Shown one piece after another: positions 1 through 9,309 of a stretch of DNA of 64,000 nucleotides. Under the pieces are notes generated by a model. That model ran no database searches. It was given only the letters and a program-made list of their open reading frames with translations, and had not been told where the DNA came from. This DNA is from an uncultured Eubacteriales bacterium (GTDB lineage: Bacteria > Bacillota > Clostridia > Oscillospirales > Acutalibacteraceae): assembly GCA_900316485.1 (NCBI GenBank), contig ONDB01000055.1, positions 2,776 to 66,775 of the forward strand. Direction: 5' to 3'. The position numbers were made by a program, and so were the translations under genes. The stretch's first letter is position 1; each line of letters starts with the position of its first letter.

Positions 1-118
1 CGCCTTTCTTTCCCTTCTTGGGCCGAATAAGATATTTAACAAGAATAAAAATAATAATAAGCGTTCCAAGAACCATCTGAATAAAGCCGATTAGCGGAAT
101 ACCAAATACACTGGGCAT
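1..118 (-). CDS. small hydrophobic membrane protein, N-terminal part only (runs off the window)
   Basis: ATG at 116-118 with AGGAGAG 8 nt upstream, directly after the stop of the AbrB-like gene. Hand translation MPSVFGIPLIGFIQMVLGTLIIIFILVKYLIRPKKGKKG... gives one TM helix plus a basic tail. Confidence 0.35.
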   Translation of the reverse strand, partial: MPSVFGIPLIGFIQMVLGTLIIIFILVKYLIRPKKGKKG

Positions 119-136
119 AATAATCACTCTCCTGAC

Positions 137-337
137 TTAATTTTTAAATACTTTTTCAAAAAACTTTGAGAATTCGTTTTTCGGCGGTATTGCCATTCCC
201 CTCTCCTTATCACCCAGAATAATAAGGCTGTCACCGGGATTGATATCAAACAAATCTCTTGCTTCCTTTGGAAGAACAATCTGACCTTTTGTTCCGACTG
301 TAACTGTCCATGCATATTTTCCTTCAGGCTTATCCAT
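137..337 (-). CDS. AbrB/MazE/SpoVT-family (looped-hinge helix) DNA-binding protein
   Basis: Motif KGQIVLPKEARDLFDINPGD is typical of the SpoVT-AbrB domain. I place the start at the internal ATG (335-337, MDKPEGKY...), not the ORF-track start at 418. Confidence 0.75.
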   Translation of the reverse strand: MDKPEGKYAWTVTVGTKGQIVLPKEARDLFDINPGDSLIILGDKERGMAIPPKNEFSKFFEKVFKN

Positions 338-437
338 ATAGATTACCGTCCTTTCTGGATTTGTAATACAAAACATACTTTTCATACTTAATATATCAAA
401 TCTATTCTTATTTGTCAATAGTATTTTTTATATATAG

Positions 438-488
438 TAAAAAATAGTACAGACACTTGCTTAAAGCATTATCTGCACTATTTTTTCT
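438..488. terminator. bidirectional intrinsic terminator
   Basis: Stem atagtacaga (444-453) / tctgcactat (472-481), 9 of 10 bp, with an A-run on one side and a T-run on the other. Lies downstream of the Fe-ADH gene. Confidence 0.65.
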
Positions 489-571
489 CATTTTTACAAC
501 TAAAATGTATCAATTAATACTGATTCTTTTGATCCGTTAATCACAGCAATACATATTTATAGAAAAGATTA

Positions 572-1651
572 TCAGTATTTCATTGTATAAAAAGCAATTT
601 CTTCAAGAGTAGTTTTTGTAATTTCAAATGGAGCGGTATTAATTTTCGGTTTATTATTCCAAAGTTCTTCGACAGATTCATTAAGGATCCGTACATCTAC
701 CTCTGTTTTTCCAAACAGTCTTATATACCATTTCTGAAAATCGTTTATATCGGCAAATCCCAGACTGTTAAGAATATAATTCCTGTCAATTTCAGAAGCA
801 GCATTCAGGTAACCAGCTGTGAAATACCCTACAGCCTTACCGTGAGGAACGTGAAGTTTATATGTCAGGGAGTAACTTAGTCCATGCGGAATTCCTGTAC
901 CGTCCTGCGCTATAGCCATTCCTCCTATTGCAGCAGTATTCATCATTTCCAGAAGCTGCTCATCTGTAGCTTTTCCGTCTTCAAGTACGTACATATTTTT
1001 CTTCCAGAGTTTCAGACCAGCATCAACAAACATACGGCTGAAATCATCTGATCCGGAATTAATATAGCTTTCTATCATATGAGTAAGAGCATCAAGTGCA
1101 GTGTTTCTGAGTATTTCAACCGAAGCAGTTCTGAGGTATTTACAGTCAATAAGTGCAAGATCAGCAAATATTCTGTGACTGATAGATTTTTTTGTATGTC
1201 TTTCTGGTATAGTTAATACGCTTACAGCTGTCACCTCTGACCCGGTACCGCAGGTTGTAGGAATAAGAATAAGCGGCAGTGAATCATCATCTCCCTTGGT
1301 ATACAAAAGCTCTGCACTTCCATCCGGATGAGCTAACAAAAAAGCAATTGCTTTTGCAGCATCAAGAGGTGAACCACCGCCTATGCCGATTACAAGATCG
1401 ACTCCTTCAGTTTTTCCTACGCGGCTTGCAGTTAATACCGTTTTCACAGACGGATTTTCCTCTACATTATCAAAAATGGTATATCTGATATTGTTGTTTT
1501 CAAAAATACCAATCACATCATCCAGAGCACCGCTTTTTTTCGCAGAGCTTTTTCCTGTTACAATCAATGCATTAGTACCATATCTGATTATCTTTTCATA
1601 ATGCTTTACAACTGCGTTTTTTTCACTGTAAAGATGAACCGGCATATACAT
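572..1651 (-). CDS. iron-containing (group III) alcohol dehydrogenase
   Basis: 359 aa with the GIGGGSPLDAAKAIA nucleotide-binding motif and overall Fe-ADH layout. Confidence 0.85.
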   Translation of the reverse strand: MYMPVHLYSEKNAVVKHYEKIIRYGTNALIVTGKSSAKKSGALDDVIGIFENNNIRYTIFDNVEENPSVKTVLTASRVGKTEGVDLVIGIGGGSPLDAAKAIAFLLAHPDGSAELLYTKGDDDSLPLILIPTTCGTGSEVTAVSVLTIPERHTKKSISHRIFADLALIDCKYLRTASVEILRNTALDALTHMIESYINSGSDDFSRMFVDAGLKLWKKNMYVLEDGKATDEQLLEMMNTAAIGGMAIAQDGTGIPHGLSYSLTYKLHVPHGKAVGYFTAGYLNAASEIDRNYILNSLGFADINDFQKWYIRLFGKTEVDVRILNESVEELWNNKPKINTAPFEITKTTLEEIAFYTMKY

Positions 1652-1714
1652 AAATATTTCTCCTTAATTTACATTCATTTTTTCTGAGCTTCATAATTAA
1701 AACAGAACATCATT

Positions 1715-2866
1715 TTATATATTTATTGCTTTTTTCAATCTTTGAAGTCCGTCAAGCAGCAGTTTTCTCGGGCAAGCAATGTTCATTCTCAGAAAACCGT
1801 TACCTCCTTTTCCATAATAACTTCCAGCCATTACAAACAAACCGGTATTTTTTCTGATCTGAGGTGCAAGGGTTTTACTGTCTGTTTTTAGTGCTGTACA
1901 ATCAATCCACAAAAGATAAGTTGCATCTCCCCAGACAAGTCGGATCTGTGGTATTTCATTTTCAATAAAAGATCTGACTGTCTGTTTATTCTGAAAAATA
2001 TATTCATTAAGTTCATTAAGCCATGCTCTGCCCTTTGTAAAAGCCGATACAGCTGCAGTCGACGCAAAGGAATTCGGCATAGATATTTCATCCTTTTCAA
2101 CTGCAGAATGTACTTTATTTCTCAGCAATTTATCAGGAATGTACAAAGCCGAAGTCTGGAGTCCAGCAAGATTAAATGCCTTAGTGGGTGCAATACATGT
2201 AATGCTATGGTTTTTATTGATTTCAGAAACGGATGCAAAGGGAGTATATTCTGTTCCGGGAGTTATAATATCACAGTGAATTTCATCCGAAATTACAGTA
2301 ATACCTTTTTCAGCACAGAGATTTCCTACCTTCTGCAAAGTTTCTTTTTCCCATACATTGCCAGTGGGATTCTGTGGGTTACAAAATATCATTAGTGAAG
2401 CTAATGGATCTGAAAGAGCCAATTTAAGATCATTGTAATCAATGGAATATGAATTACCGTCATATTTCATTTCTACCTCAAGAACTTGTCTGCCATTCCC
2501 CTGGATACAATTGTAGAAATGATTATAGTTGGGTGTAAGAAGTACGATCTTATCCCCTGGTGAGGAGAGCTTGCGTATAATTGAAGAAACGGCAGGAACA
2601 ACACCAGAGCAAAACAAAAGATGATCCCTGCTCATTTCCATGCCATGATATTTTTTCCACCAATTGATATATGCATCATACCATTCATCAGTAAGCCTGC
2701 TGTATCCAAAAACAGGATGTTTGATTCGATCAGAAAAAGCCTCTGTTATTTCCGGAGCTATTGGAAAATCCATATCGGCTACCCACATAGGAAGTTCATT
2801 TTCTTTTATATCCCATTTTATTGAATCAGTATTTCTGCGGTCAATAATTGTATCAAAATCATACAT
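1715..2866 (-). CDS. MalY/PatB-type PLP-dependent C-S lyase (cystathionine beta-lyase, aminotransferase class I/II)
   Basis: 383 aa. N-terminus MYDFDTIIDRRNTDSIKWD is characteristic of the PatB/MalY family. Confidence 0.8.
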   Translation of the reverse strand: MYDFDTIIDRRNTDSIKWDIKENELPMWVADMDFPIAPEITEAFSDRIKHPVFGYSRLTDEWYDAYINWWKKYHGMEMSRDHLLFCSGVVPAVSSIIRKLSSPGDKIVLLTPNYNHFYNCIQGNGRQVLEVEMKYDGNSYSIDYNDLKLALSDPLASLMIFCNPQNPTGNVWEKETLQKVGNLCAEKGITVISDEIHCDIITPGTEYTPFASVSEINKNHSITCIAPTKAFNLAGLQTSALYIPDKLLRNKVHSAVEKDEISMPNSFASTAAVSAFTKGRAWLNELNEYIFQNKQTVRSFIENEIPQIRLVWGDATYLLWIDCTALKTDSKTLAPQIRKNTGLFVMAGSYYGKGGNGFLRMNIACPRKLLLDGLQRLKKAINI

Positions 2867-2953
2867 ACGCTTTCCTCCAGAGTCGTTAATTGCCTGAAAT
2901 ATTAAACAATATCAGATTAAAAATCTTATATCAGAATTCTGATTATTAATAGC

Positions 2954-3526
2954 TCAGATATTAAAATCCACCTTACCGCTTTCAAGATGATAAAGTGCTC
3001 CGATAACCTTAAGACCATGTTCTTCTTCCTTATGGATTTCAAAACTATTTTCAATTATTCCTATACTATGACGAACATTCAGGCAGCAGGCCATTAATTC
3101 GTCTCTTTCATCGCCTATTGCAGCTTTGATTTCATCTGTAATAAATTTGATATAACCGTCCGGGTCATGATTTATTGCTGCATCAACTGCACCGCAATGA
3201 TTATGCCCTAACACAACAATTAGCTTTACGCCCAGGTGTGAAGCAGCATATTCAACAGAGCCAAGTTGATGATCATCCATAACATTACCTGCAACACGAA
3301 TTACAAATAAATCCCCTATTCCTGCATTAAAAATACTTTCAGGTATCACTCTGGAATCCGAACAGGTAATAATAATCGCATAGGGATGCTGGCCATGATT
3401 ACAGGTTTCCGCTCTTTTAAGCTGAGAAATATCTCCTGTAGAAACCAAGGAATTAATATACTTTTCATTGCCTTCTTTAAGTATTTCAAGTGCCTCATCA
3501 GCACTTATTGTTTTTATTATCTCCAC
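2954..3526 (-). CDS. beta-class carbonic anhydrase
   Basis: Zinc-ligand motifs CSDSRV and HNHCGA; 190 aa. Confidence 0.85.
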   Translation of the reverse strand: MEIIKTISADEALEILKEGNEKYINSLVSTGDISQLKRAETCNHGQHPYAIIITCSDSRVIPESIFNAGIGDLFVIRVAGNVMDDHQLGSVEYAASHLGVKLIVVLGHNHCGAVDAAINHDPDGYIKFITDEIKAAIGDERDELMACCLNVRHSIGIIENSFEIHKEEEHGLKVIGALYHLESGKVDFNI

Positions 3527-3596
3527 CTGATAATACTCCTTTCCGAAATAATTATTATATTCTTTTCAGCAGAATTATTTAACGGTGTTTTTTGAG

Positions 3597-4517
3597 TTAA
3601 TATAAAGGCTTAAGCGTTGAAAGAAAAGTTGTAAAATAATCTGGCAGCTCACTTGATAAAGTAAGAGTTTTACCAGTTCTTGGATGAACAAATGAAATAT
3701 AGTACGCATGAAGGCATTGTCCGCCCAGTGACGTTATTACCTTCTTTGGTCCATACACAGGATCACCTGCAATCGGATGACCTATATGGGACATATGCAC
3801 CCTTATCTGGTGAGTCCTGCCTGTTTCAAGTGTAAGTTCAACATGTGTGAAGCGCTGATATCTCTCAATAACCTTATAATGTGTAACAGCCTCTCTGGAA
3901 TTTTTGAGAGTAACTGTCATCTTTTTTCGGTCCTCCGGATGTCTTCCAATTGGAGCATTTACTGTTCCCTCATTGTTTTTTAGTGAACCATAAACAACAG
4001 CCATGTATTTTCTTGTAAAGCTGTGTTCCTTAATCTGTTCCGCAAGAAGCCGGTGAGAAAAATCATTTTTTGCAACAATAAGCAGACCGCTTGTATCCTT
4101 ATCGATCCTATGTACTATACCAGGACGAAGTACACCGTTAATTCCTGACAAACTGTCTCCGCAATGATAAAGCAAAGCATTGACTAGCGTTCCGCTATAA
4201 TTTCCTGTAGCAGGATGAACAACCATATCCTTGGGTTTATTGACCACAAGCAGATCATCATCCTCATATGCAATATCAAGAGGAATGTTTTCAGGTCTGG
4301 CTTCTGCAGGTTCAGGATCGGGTATACAGATATTTATTCTGTCGCCTTCTCTGAGTTTATAATTTTTTGAACCCGATTTATCATTGATAAGAACATTACC
4401 CTTTTCTATAAGCTTCTGTAGAGCTGATCTGGTCAGTTCTGGACATTTTGAAGCAAGATAAGTATCAATTCTTATTCCAGTGTCCTCCCGATTTATAATA
4501 AATTCACTCTGATTCAT
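3597..4517 (-). CDS. rluD: RluA-family 23S rRNA pseudouridine synthase (RluD-like)
   Basis: S4 domain followed by the HRIDKDTSGLL catalytic motif. Start moved to MNQSEF (ATG at 4515-4517), overlapping the lspA end by 14 nt. Confidence 0.85.
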   Translation of the reverse strand: MNQSEFIINREDTGIRIDTYLASKCPELTRSALQKLIEKGNVLINDKSGSKNYKLREGDRINICIPDPEPAEARPENIPLDIAYEDDDLLVVNKPKDMVVHPATGNYSGTLVNALLYHCGDSLSGINGVLRPGIVHRIDKDTSGLLIVAKNDFSHRLLAEQIKEHSFTRKYMAVVYGSLKNNEGTVNAPIGRHPEDRKKMTVTLKNSREAVTHYKVIERYQRFTHVELTLETGRTHQIRVHMSHIGHPIAGDPVYGPKKVITSLGGQCLHAYYISFVHPRTGKTLTLSSELPDYFTTFLSTLKPLY

Positions 4518-4992
4518 CAGACTCCTCCGGTTCAGCTTTCTTTTTTTTATCCGGCTGGAAAAGTATACAAAGCACAAATAATACAGCTCCAATTGTTATA
4601 CAATAATCAGCAAAATTACATATAGGAGGAAAGAATGAAAGGGACAGATAATCAATAACAAAGCCTCTGAAAATCCTGTCAATAAGATTTCCGATTCCGC
4701 CTCCGATAATGAGTATTACAGCGGTAGTAAAAAGCTTTCCTGTGAATTTTTTTGATATCAAAAGATATAGAAAAACTCCTATCAGAATAACCGTAATTAT
4801 AGTAAATACCAGAGTAGCGTTCTGGAAAATACCAAATGCAGCTCCCCTGTTTTCTGAATATACAAGAGAGAACAGATTGTCAATTACAGTTACACTTCCA
4901 ACAGGACGAAGATTTTCATAAATAAAATATTTAAAAATCTGATCTACAGCGACGATTAGGGCTGAAATTACAGCAACTATTACTAAGGTCAT
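4504..4992 (-). CDS. lspA: lipoprotein signal peptidase II
   Basis: 162 aa, four TM segments, NRGAAFG and NLIDR motifs. Confidence 0.9.
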   Translation of the reverse strand: MTLVIVAVISALIVAVDQIFKYFIYENLRPVGSVTVIDNLFSLVYSENRGAAFGIFQNATLVFTIITVILIGVFLYLLISKKFTGKLFTTAVILIIGGGIGNLIDRIFRGFVIDYLSLSFFPPICNFADYCITIGAVLFVLCILFQPDKKKKAEPEESDESE

Positions 4993-5010
4993 TTAGTGCC
5001 TTCCTTTCTT

Positions 5011-5043
5011 AAAAAGGCGGTGCATCCGAAGATACACCGCCTA
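5011..5043 (-). terminator. intrinsic terminator after ileS
   Basis: Minus strand reads ggcggtg-tatcttcggatg-caccgcc followed by ttttt. It lies only about 18 nt upstream of the lspA start. Confidence 0.7.
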
Positions 5044-5070
5044 TTGCATTATGCATAAACCGACTTTTAA

Positions 5071-7863
5071 TTACTCAGCGAGAATATCTCCCATTGAAGC
5101 AATTACACCAGCGCAGCGCTTGCAAAGTGTGGGATTTGCCGGATCACTGCCAACTGTTCTGCTGAATATCCAGCAGCGCTCACATTTTTCACCCTCTGCA
5201 TGAGCAACTTCAACTTCAAGCTGCTCTGTCTGAGATTCAATAATATCAACCTCAGAAACAATAAATGCAGCAGCAAGCTCGTTTTCTACTGATTTAAGGA
5301 ACTCATACTGTTCACCAGAGCACTTAAGAGTAATCTTTGCCTCAAGTGAAGAACGTATAGCCTTATCCTTTATCTCAACTTCAAGGGCTTTTTTAACGAT
5401 ATCTCTTGTCTCGTGAATTCTATCCCACATTGTAACAAAGGAATCATCAAGAGTAATTCCTGTCTTTTCGGGCATATCATTGAACAGAACGTTTTCCGGA
5501 TTGGCTTTGCTGTCATGAGGCATATACTGCCATATCTCATCTGAGGTATATACCAATATCGGAGATACAAGTCTTGCCATAGCATCAAGTATCTTATAAA
5601 TTACAGTCTGCGCTGCACGGCGGAGTTCACCGTCAGACTGTTCTGTATAAAGTCTGTCTTTAAGTACATCAAAGTAGAAGTTTGACATATCTACAACACA
5701 GAAATTATGAAGTGCCTGATAAACAATATGGAAATCAAAGCTATCGTATGCCTTTCTGATCTTATCATTAAGTTCATCAAGCTTCATAAGTGCCCATTTA
5801 TCAATCGGGAGAAGCTTATCTTCAGATACACTGTCTTTATCAGGATCGAAGTCCTTGAGATTACCTAGAATATATCTTGCTGTATTACGAATCTTTCTGT
5901 AAGCTTCGCTAAGCTGAGCAAGTATCTCCTTTGAGATCCTGACGTCTGCATGGTAGTCTGTTGAAGATACCCAAAGTCTGAGAATATCTGCACCATACTT
6001 ATTAATTATTTCAGCCGGGGACATACCATTGCCGGCGGACTTGGACATCTTCTTCTTCTCCATGTCAACAACCCAGCCATGAGTTACAACCGTCTTATAG
6101 GGAGCCTGACCTCTTGCAGCAACAGATGTAAGAAGAGAAGACTGGAACCAGCCCCTGTACTGGTCGGCACCCTCGAGATAAAGATCTGCAGGCCATTTAA
6201 GGTAAGGACGTGATTCACATACTGAAATATGAGAAACACCGGAATCGAACCAGACATCCATAATATCCTTTTCCTTATTGAATTCCTTACATCCACATTT
6301 TGAACAGGTAAGGCCTTCAGGAATAAGTTCGCTTGCATCCTTTTCGTACCAGATATCAGAGCCATGTTCGCCAAAAAGCTTTGCAATATGAAGCATTGCT
6401 GACTTTTCCATTACAGGTTCGCCGCAATTCTTACAGAAGAATATCGGAATCGGAACACCCCATTTTCTCTGACGGGAAATACACCAGTCCTTACGTTCAC
6501 GTACCATCGAGGTGATTCTGTCCTCTCCCCATGCAGGAATCCAGTTTATCTTCTTTATCTCATCAACAGCTGCATCCTTGATATCATCTACAGAGCAGAA
6601 CCACTGCTTTGTAGCTCTGAAGAGAACAGGATTTTTACATCTCCAGCAATGAGGATACTGGTGGATAATCTTCTTCAGTGCAAAGAGAGCATTTGTTTTT
6701 TCAAGATATTCAGCAATAGGCTTATTTGCATCAGCAGTAAGAAGTCCGGCAAACATGCCTGCTTCTTCCGTAAGTCTGCCCTTGGCATCAACAGGAACAA
6801 CCATAGGTATCTCAGGATAGTTTCTGCAAACATTATAGTCATCAACACCGTGACCAGGAGCAGTATGTACGCAGCCTGTACCGCTTTCAAGAGTTACGTG
6901 ATCACCAACGATAACAAGAGAAGTTCTGTCAAGGAAAGGATGAGCAGTTTTCATATATTCTAGTTCGCTGCCTTTAATTGTACCAATTACCTCATAGTTT
7001 TCTTTGCCTGCAGCTTCCATTGCAGCAGCATAAAGTTCCTCAGCCATTACATAATACTCGCCCTCACATTTGATAAGGCTGTAATTAAATCTTGGACCAA
7101 CACATATAGCTACATTTGCTGGGAGTGTCCATGTTGTTGTTGTCCAGATAACGAAATAGGTATTCTTTACATCTGCACCCATTGCAGCAAGCTTACCCAT
7201 ATCATCAGTTACCCTGAATTTAACATAAATTGAATGACAAGGATCTTCTGCATATTCAATTTCAGCTTCTGCGAGAGCTGTTTCGCAGTCAGTACACCAA
7301 TAAACCGGTTTAAGACCTCTGTAAATATATCCCTTACTTGCCATTTCAGCAAATACTTCTATCTGCTTTTCTTCAAAATCATGTGTAAGAGTAATATAAG
7401 GATTATCCCACTCTGCAATACCGCCAAGACGCTTGAACTGCTCACGCTGACCATTAATGTAAGTTGTAGCAAACTCGCGGCAGATCTTTCTGAGTTCAAC
7501 ATCAGAAATCACATCACTGCTGCTTACGCCTGCCTTTGCTCTGGCTTTAAGTTCTGTAGGAAGACCATGTGTATCCCAGCCCGGAACATAAGGAGACTTA
7601 AAGCCGGTCATATTCTTATATCTTACGATGATATCCTTAAGTGTCTTATTAAGTGCATGACCCAGATGAATATCACCATTTGCATAAGGAGGACCATCGT
7701 GGAGAACATAAAGGGGCTTTCCCTCATTATGTTCCATAAGCTTCTCATATACATTATTTTTCTGCCAGCGCTCAAGAGTTACAGGCTCCGATTTGGGAAG
7801 GCCTGCTCTCATTGGAAAATCTGTTTCAGGCAGATTAAGTGTCTTATTAAAATCCTGCGGCAT
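5071..7863 (-). CDS. ileS: isoleucyl-tRNA synthetase (type 1, C-terminal Zn-finger)
   Basis: HIGH-type motif (PYANGDIHLGH), KMSKS, and C-terminal CERCW...CKRC. Start set at MPQDFNKTLNLP (ATG 7861-7863) with a GAGGAGAG SD. Confidence 0.95.
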   Translation of the reverse strand: MPQDFNKTLNLPETDFPMRAGLPKSEPVTLERWQKNNVYEKLMEHNEGKPLYVLHDGPPYANGDIHLGHALNKTLKDIIVRYKNMTGFKSPYVPGWDTHGLPTELKARAKAGVSSSDVISDVELRKICREFATTYINGQREQFKRLGGIAEWDNPYITLTHDFEEKQIEVFAEMASKGYIYRGLKPVYWCTDCETALAEAEIEYAEDPCHSIYVKFRVTDDMGKLAAMGADVKNTYFVIWTTTTWTLPANVAICVGPRFNYSLIKCEGEYYVMAEELYAAAMEAAGKENYEVIGTIKGSELEYMKTAHPFLDRTSLVIVGDHVTLESGTGCVHTAPGHGVDDYNVCRNYPEIPMVVPVDAKGRLTEEAGMFAGLLTADANKPIAEYLEKTNALFALKKIIHQYPHCWRCKNPVLFRATKQWFCSVDDIKDAAVDEIKKINWIPAWGEDRITSMVRERKDWCISRQRKWGVPIPIFFCKNCGEPVMEKSAMLHIAKLFGEHGSDIWYEKDASELIPEGLTCSKCGCKEFNKEKDIMDVWFDSGVSHISVCESRPYLKWPADLYLEGADQYRGWFQSSLLTSVAARGQAPYKTVVTHGWVVDMEKKKMSKSAGNGMSPAEIINKYGADILRLWVSSTDYHADVRISKEILAQLSEAYRKIRNTARYILGNLKDFDPDKDSVSEDKLLPIDKWALMKLDELNDKIRKAYDSFDFHIVYQALHNFCVVDMSNFYFDVLKDRLYTEQSDGELRRAAQTVIYKILDAMARLVSPILVYTSDEIWQYMPHDSKANPENVLFNDMPEKTGITLDDSFVTMWDRIHETRDIVKKALEVEIKDKAIRSSLEAKITLKCSGEQYEFLKSVENELAAAFIVSEVDIIESQTEQLEVEVAHAEGEKCERCWIFSRTVGSDPANPTLCKRCAGVIASMGDILAE

Positions 7864-7897
7864 TTGTTTTTCTCTCCTCTTGTAAAATATAATATAA

Positions 7898-7926
7898 CCC
7901 AAAATCCGACACAAAAGTGTCGGATA
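7898..7926 (-). terminator. intrinsic terminator after divIVA
   Basis: Minus strand reads atccgacac-tttt-gtgtcggat followed by tttt. It lies about 35 nt upstream of the ileS start. Confidence 0.65.
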
Positions 7927-8003
7927 ATGAAAAATACCTTTCAGGTATAGCAGCAAAGCTGCATTAAGTTTTATAAAAGAGCGTAACCCAGAGGCAATCT
8001 CTA

Positions 8004-8651
8004 TTATTCATTCTCTTTTTTCTTCTCTGTAAGCTCAATAGGCTTATTGCCTTCAGACTTAGGATAATTTGCATCAATTTCTTTTTTCTTCTTCTTGAAA
8101 TCCTCGCCCTTGGACATAGAATTGATAACAGCAAGATGCTCCTTGTATTCTTTAAGAAGCGAATTTCTGAATTTATTGGCTTCACCCATAAGCTTAATAA
8201 TACTCTTTTTCTGCTCTTCAAGAATGCGGTTATTCTCTTCGATCTTATCAGATGACTCTCTGAGAGCCTTATTCATAAGCTCCTCAACCTTAGCATCAGT
8301 ATCTGCATTGACCTGATCCGCCTTTTCCTTAGCTTCAGAAAGAATACGCTCAGCTTCAGTCTCAGCCTCGCTAATCTTATCCTGAGCTTTTCTTTCAGCT
8401 TCAGACTTTATCTGTTTAGCTGAAACCTGAGCAGTTATAAGGGCATTTTGTACACTGTCTTCTTTATCCTTGTATTTCTTTATCTCAGCTTCCAGATTTT
8501 CTATCTTAAGCTTAAGTTCTCTCTGATTAAGTTCAAGACTCTTTACCTTTTCTACAACTTCATCGACGAAGTTATCAACTTCTTCAATCTTATAACCGCT
8601 GAGTCCTGATTTTCTGAAAGTAATATTTTCAATTTCTTCTAATGTAATCAT
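8004..8651 (-). CDS. divIVA: DivIVA cell-division/polarity protein
   Basis: N-terminus ITLEEIENITFRKSGLSGYKIEEVDNFVDEV is the DivIVA lipid-binding domain, followed by a long coiled coil. Confidence 0.9.
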   Translation of the reverse strand: MITLEEIENITFRKSGLSGYKIEEVDNFVDEVVEKVKSLELNQRELKLKIENLEAEIKKYKDKEDSVQNALITAQVSAKQIKSEAERKAQDKISEAETEAERILSEAKEKADQVNADTDAKVEELMNKALRESSDKIEENNRILEEQKKSIIKLMGEANKFRNSLLKEYKEHLAVINSMSKGEDFKKKKKEIDANYPKSEGNKPIELTEKKKENE

Positions 8652-8806
8652 ACTAATTTCCTTTCTGAAGTATTTAAAAACGAAATATCAATAATGATCT
8701 CCGCTTTCACAGAATCTGTTTTTACAGATTCATAATATTACGGTATTATCCGCATCAGCTGGGCAATATGATACAGACTATACCAACATAGGGAAATTAT
8801 ACCTGA

Positions 8807-9292
8807 TTAAAAGTATACATTATCGCTGCCTACTTCATCCATTGCGTCCTGTCCGGAAAGAGTAACATTACTAGGCATAATAATAAATGTATCCTCAGCT
8901 ACCTTCTTGACATTACCGCTGTTTGCATATGCAACACCGCCAAGAAAATCAATGATTCTTCTTGAAACATCCTTATTTGTATCCTCAACATTAAGAATAA
9001 CAGTATTTCTCTTCATAAGCTCATTAGCCATCTCTTTTACAGACGGATCAAATGACTCAGGTTTGAAGAGAACGAACTGTACGCTTGTAGAATCATGGAT
9101 ACTGATCACATTATTGCTGCCTGAAGCAGGAGCACTCTGTTCCTCAGCCTGATCCTCAGGTTCATCATAATCCATCTCATCATCCTGACCCTCAGCATCC
9201 ATTGCCTCGGTATCATCATAATAATCGTCATATGCTACTTCTTCTTCAGGTGTTTTTAAAATGCTCTTGAATTTTCCCATGATACTTGCCAT
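8807..9292 (-). CDS. sepF: cell division protein SepF
   Basis: Acidic linker then a C-terminal SepF domain (VLFKPESF...VILNVEDT...RRIIDFLGGVAYA). Position between ylmE and divIVA fits. Confidence 0.85.
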   Translation of the reverse strand: MASIMGKFKSILKTPEEEVAYDDYYDDTEAMDAEGQDDEMDYDEPEDQAEEQSAPASGSNNVISIHDSTSVQFVLFKPESFDPSVKEMANELMKRNTVILNVEDTNKDVSRRIIDFLGGVAYANSGNVKKVAEDTFIIMPSNVTLSGQDAMDEVGSDNVYF

Positions 9293-9309
9293 TTTATTTT
9301 CCTCCTGTT

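Noticed and set aside
7234-7950. 238-aa plus-strand ORF antisense to ileS
   Set aside because: It lies entirely inside a confidently identified gene on the other strand, the translation is low-complexity and Cys/Phe/Ile-rich, and no SD is present. This is the typical shadow ORF of AT-rich DNA.
7864-8200. T-box riboswitch upstream of ileS
   Set aside because: The spacer is only 140 nt. I found no T-box sequence (GGUGGNACCGCG-like) next to the terminator 5' arm, and no Stem I / specifier-loop layout. The fragment ctgggttacgctc is only a loose resemblance and lies about 60 nt from the hairpin.
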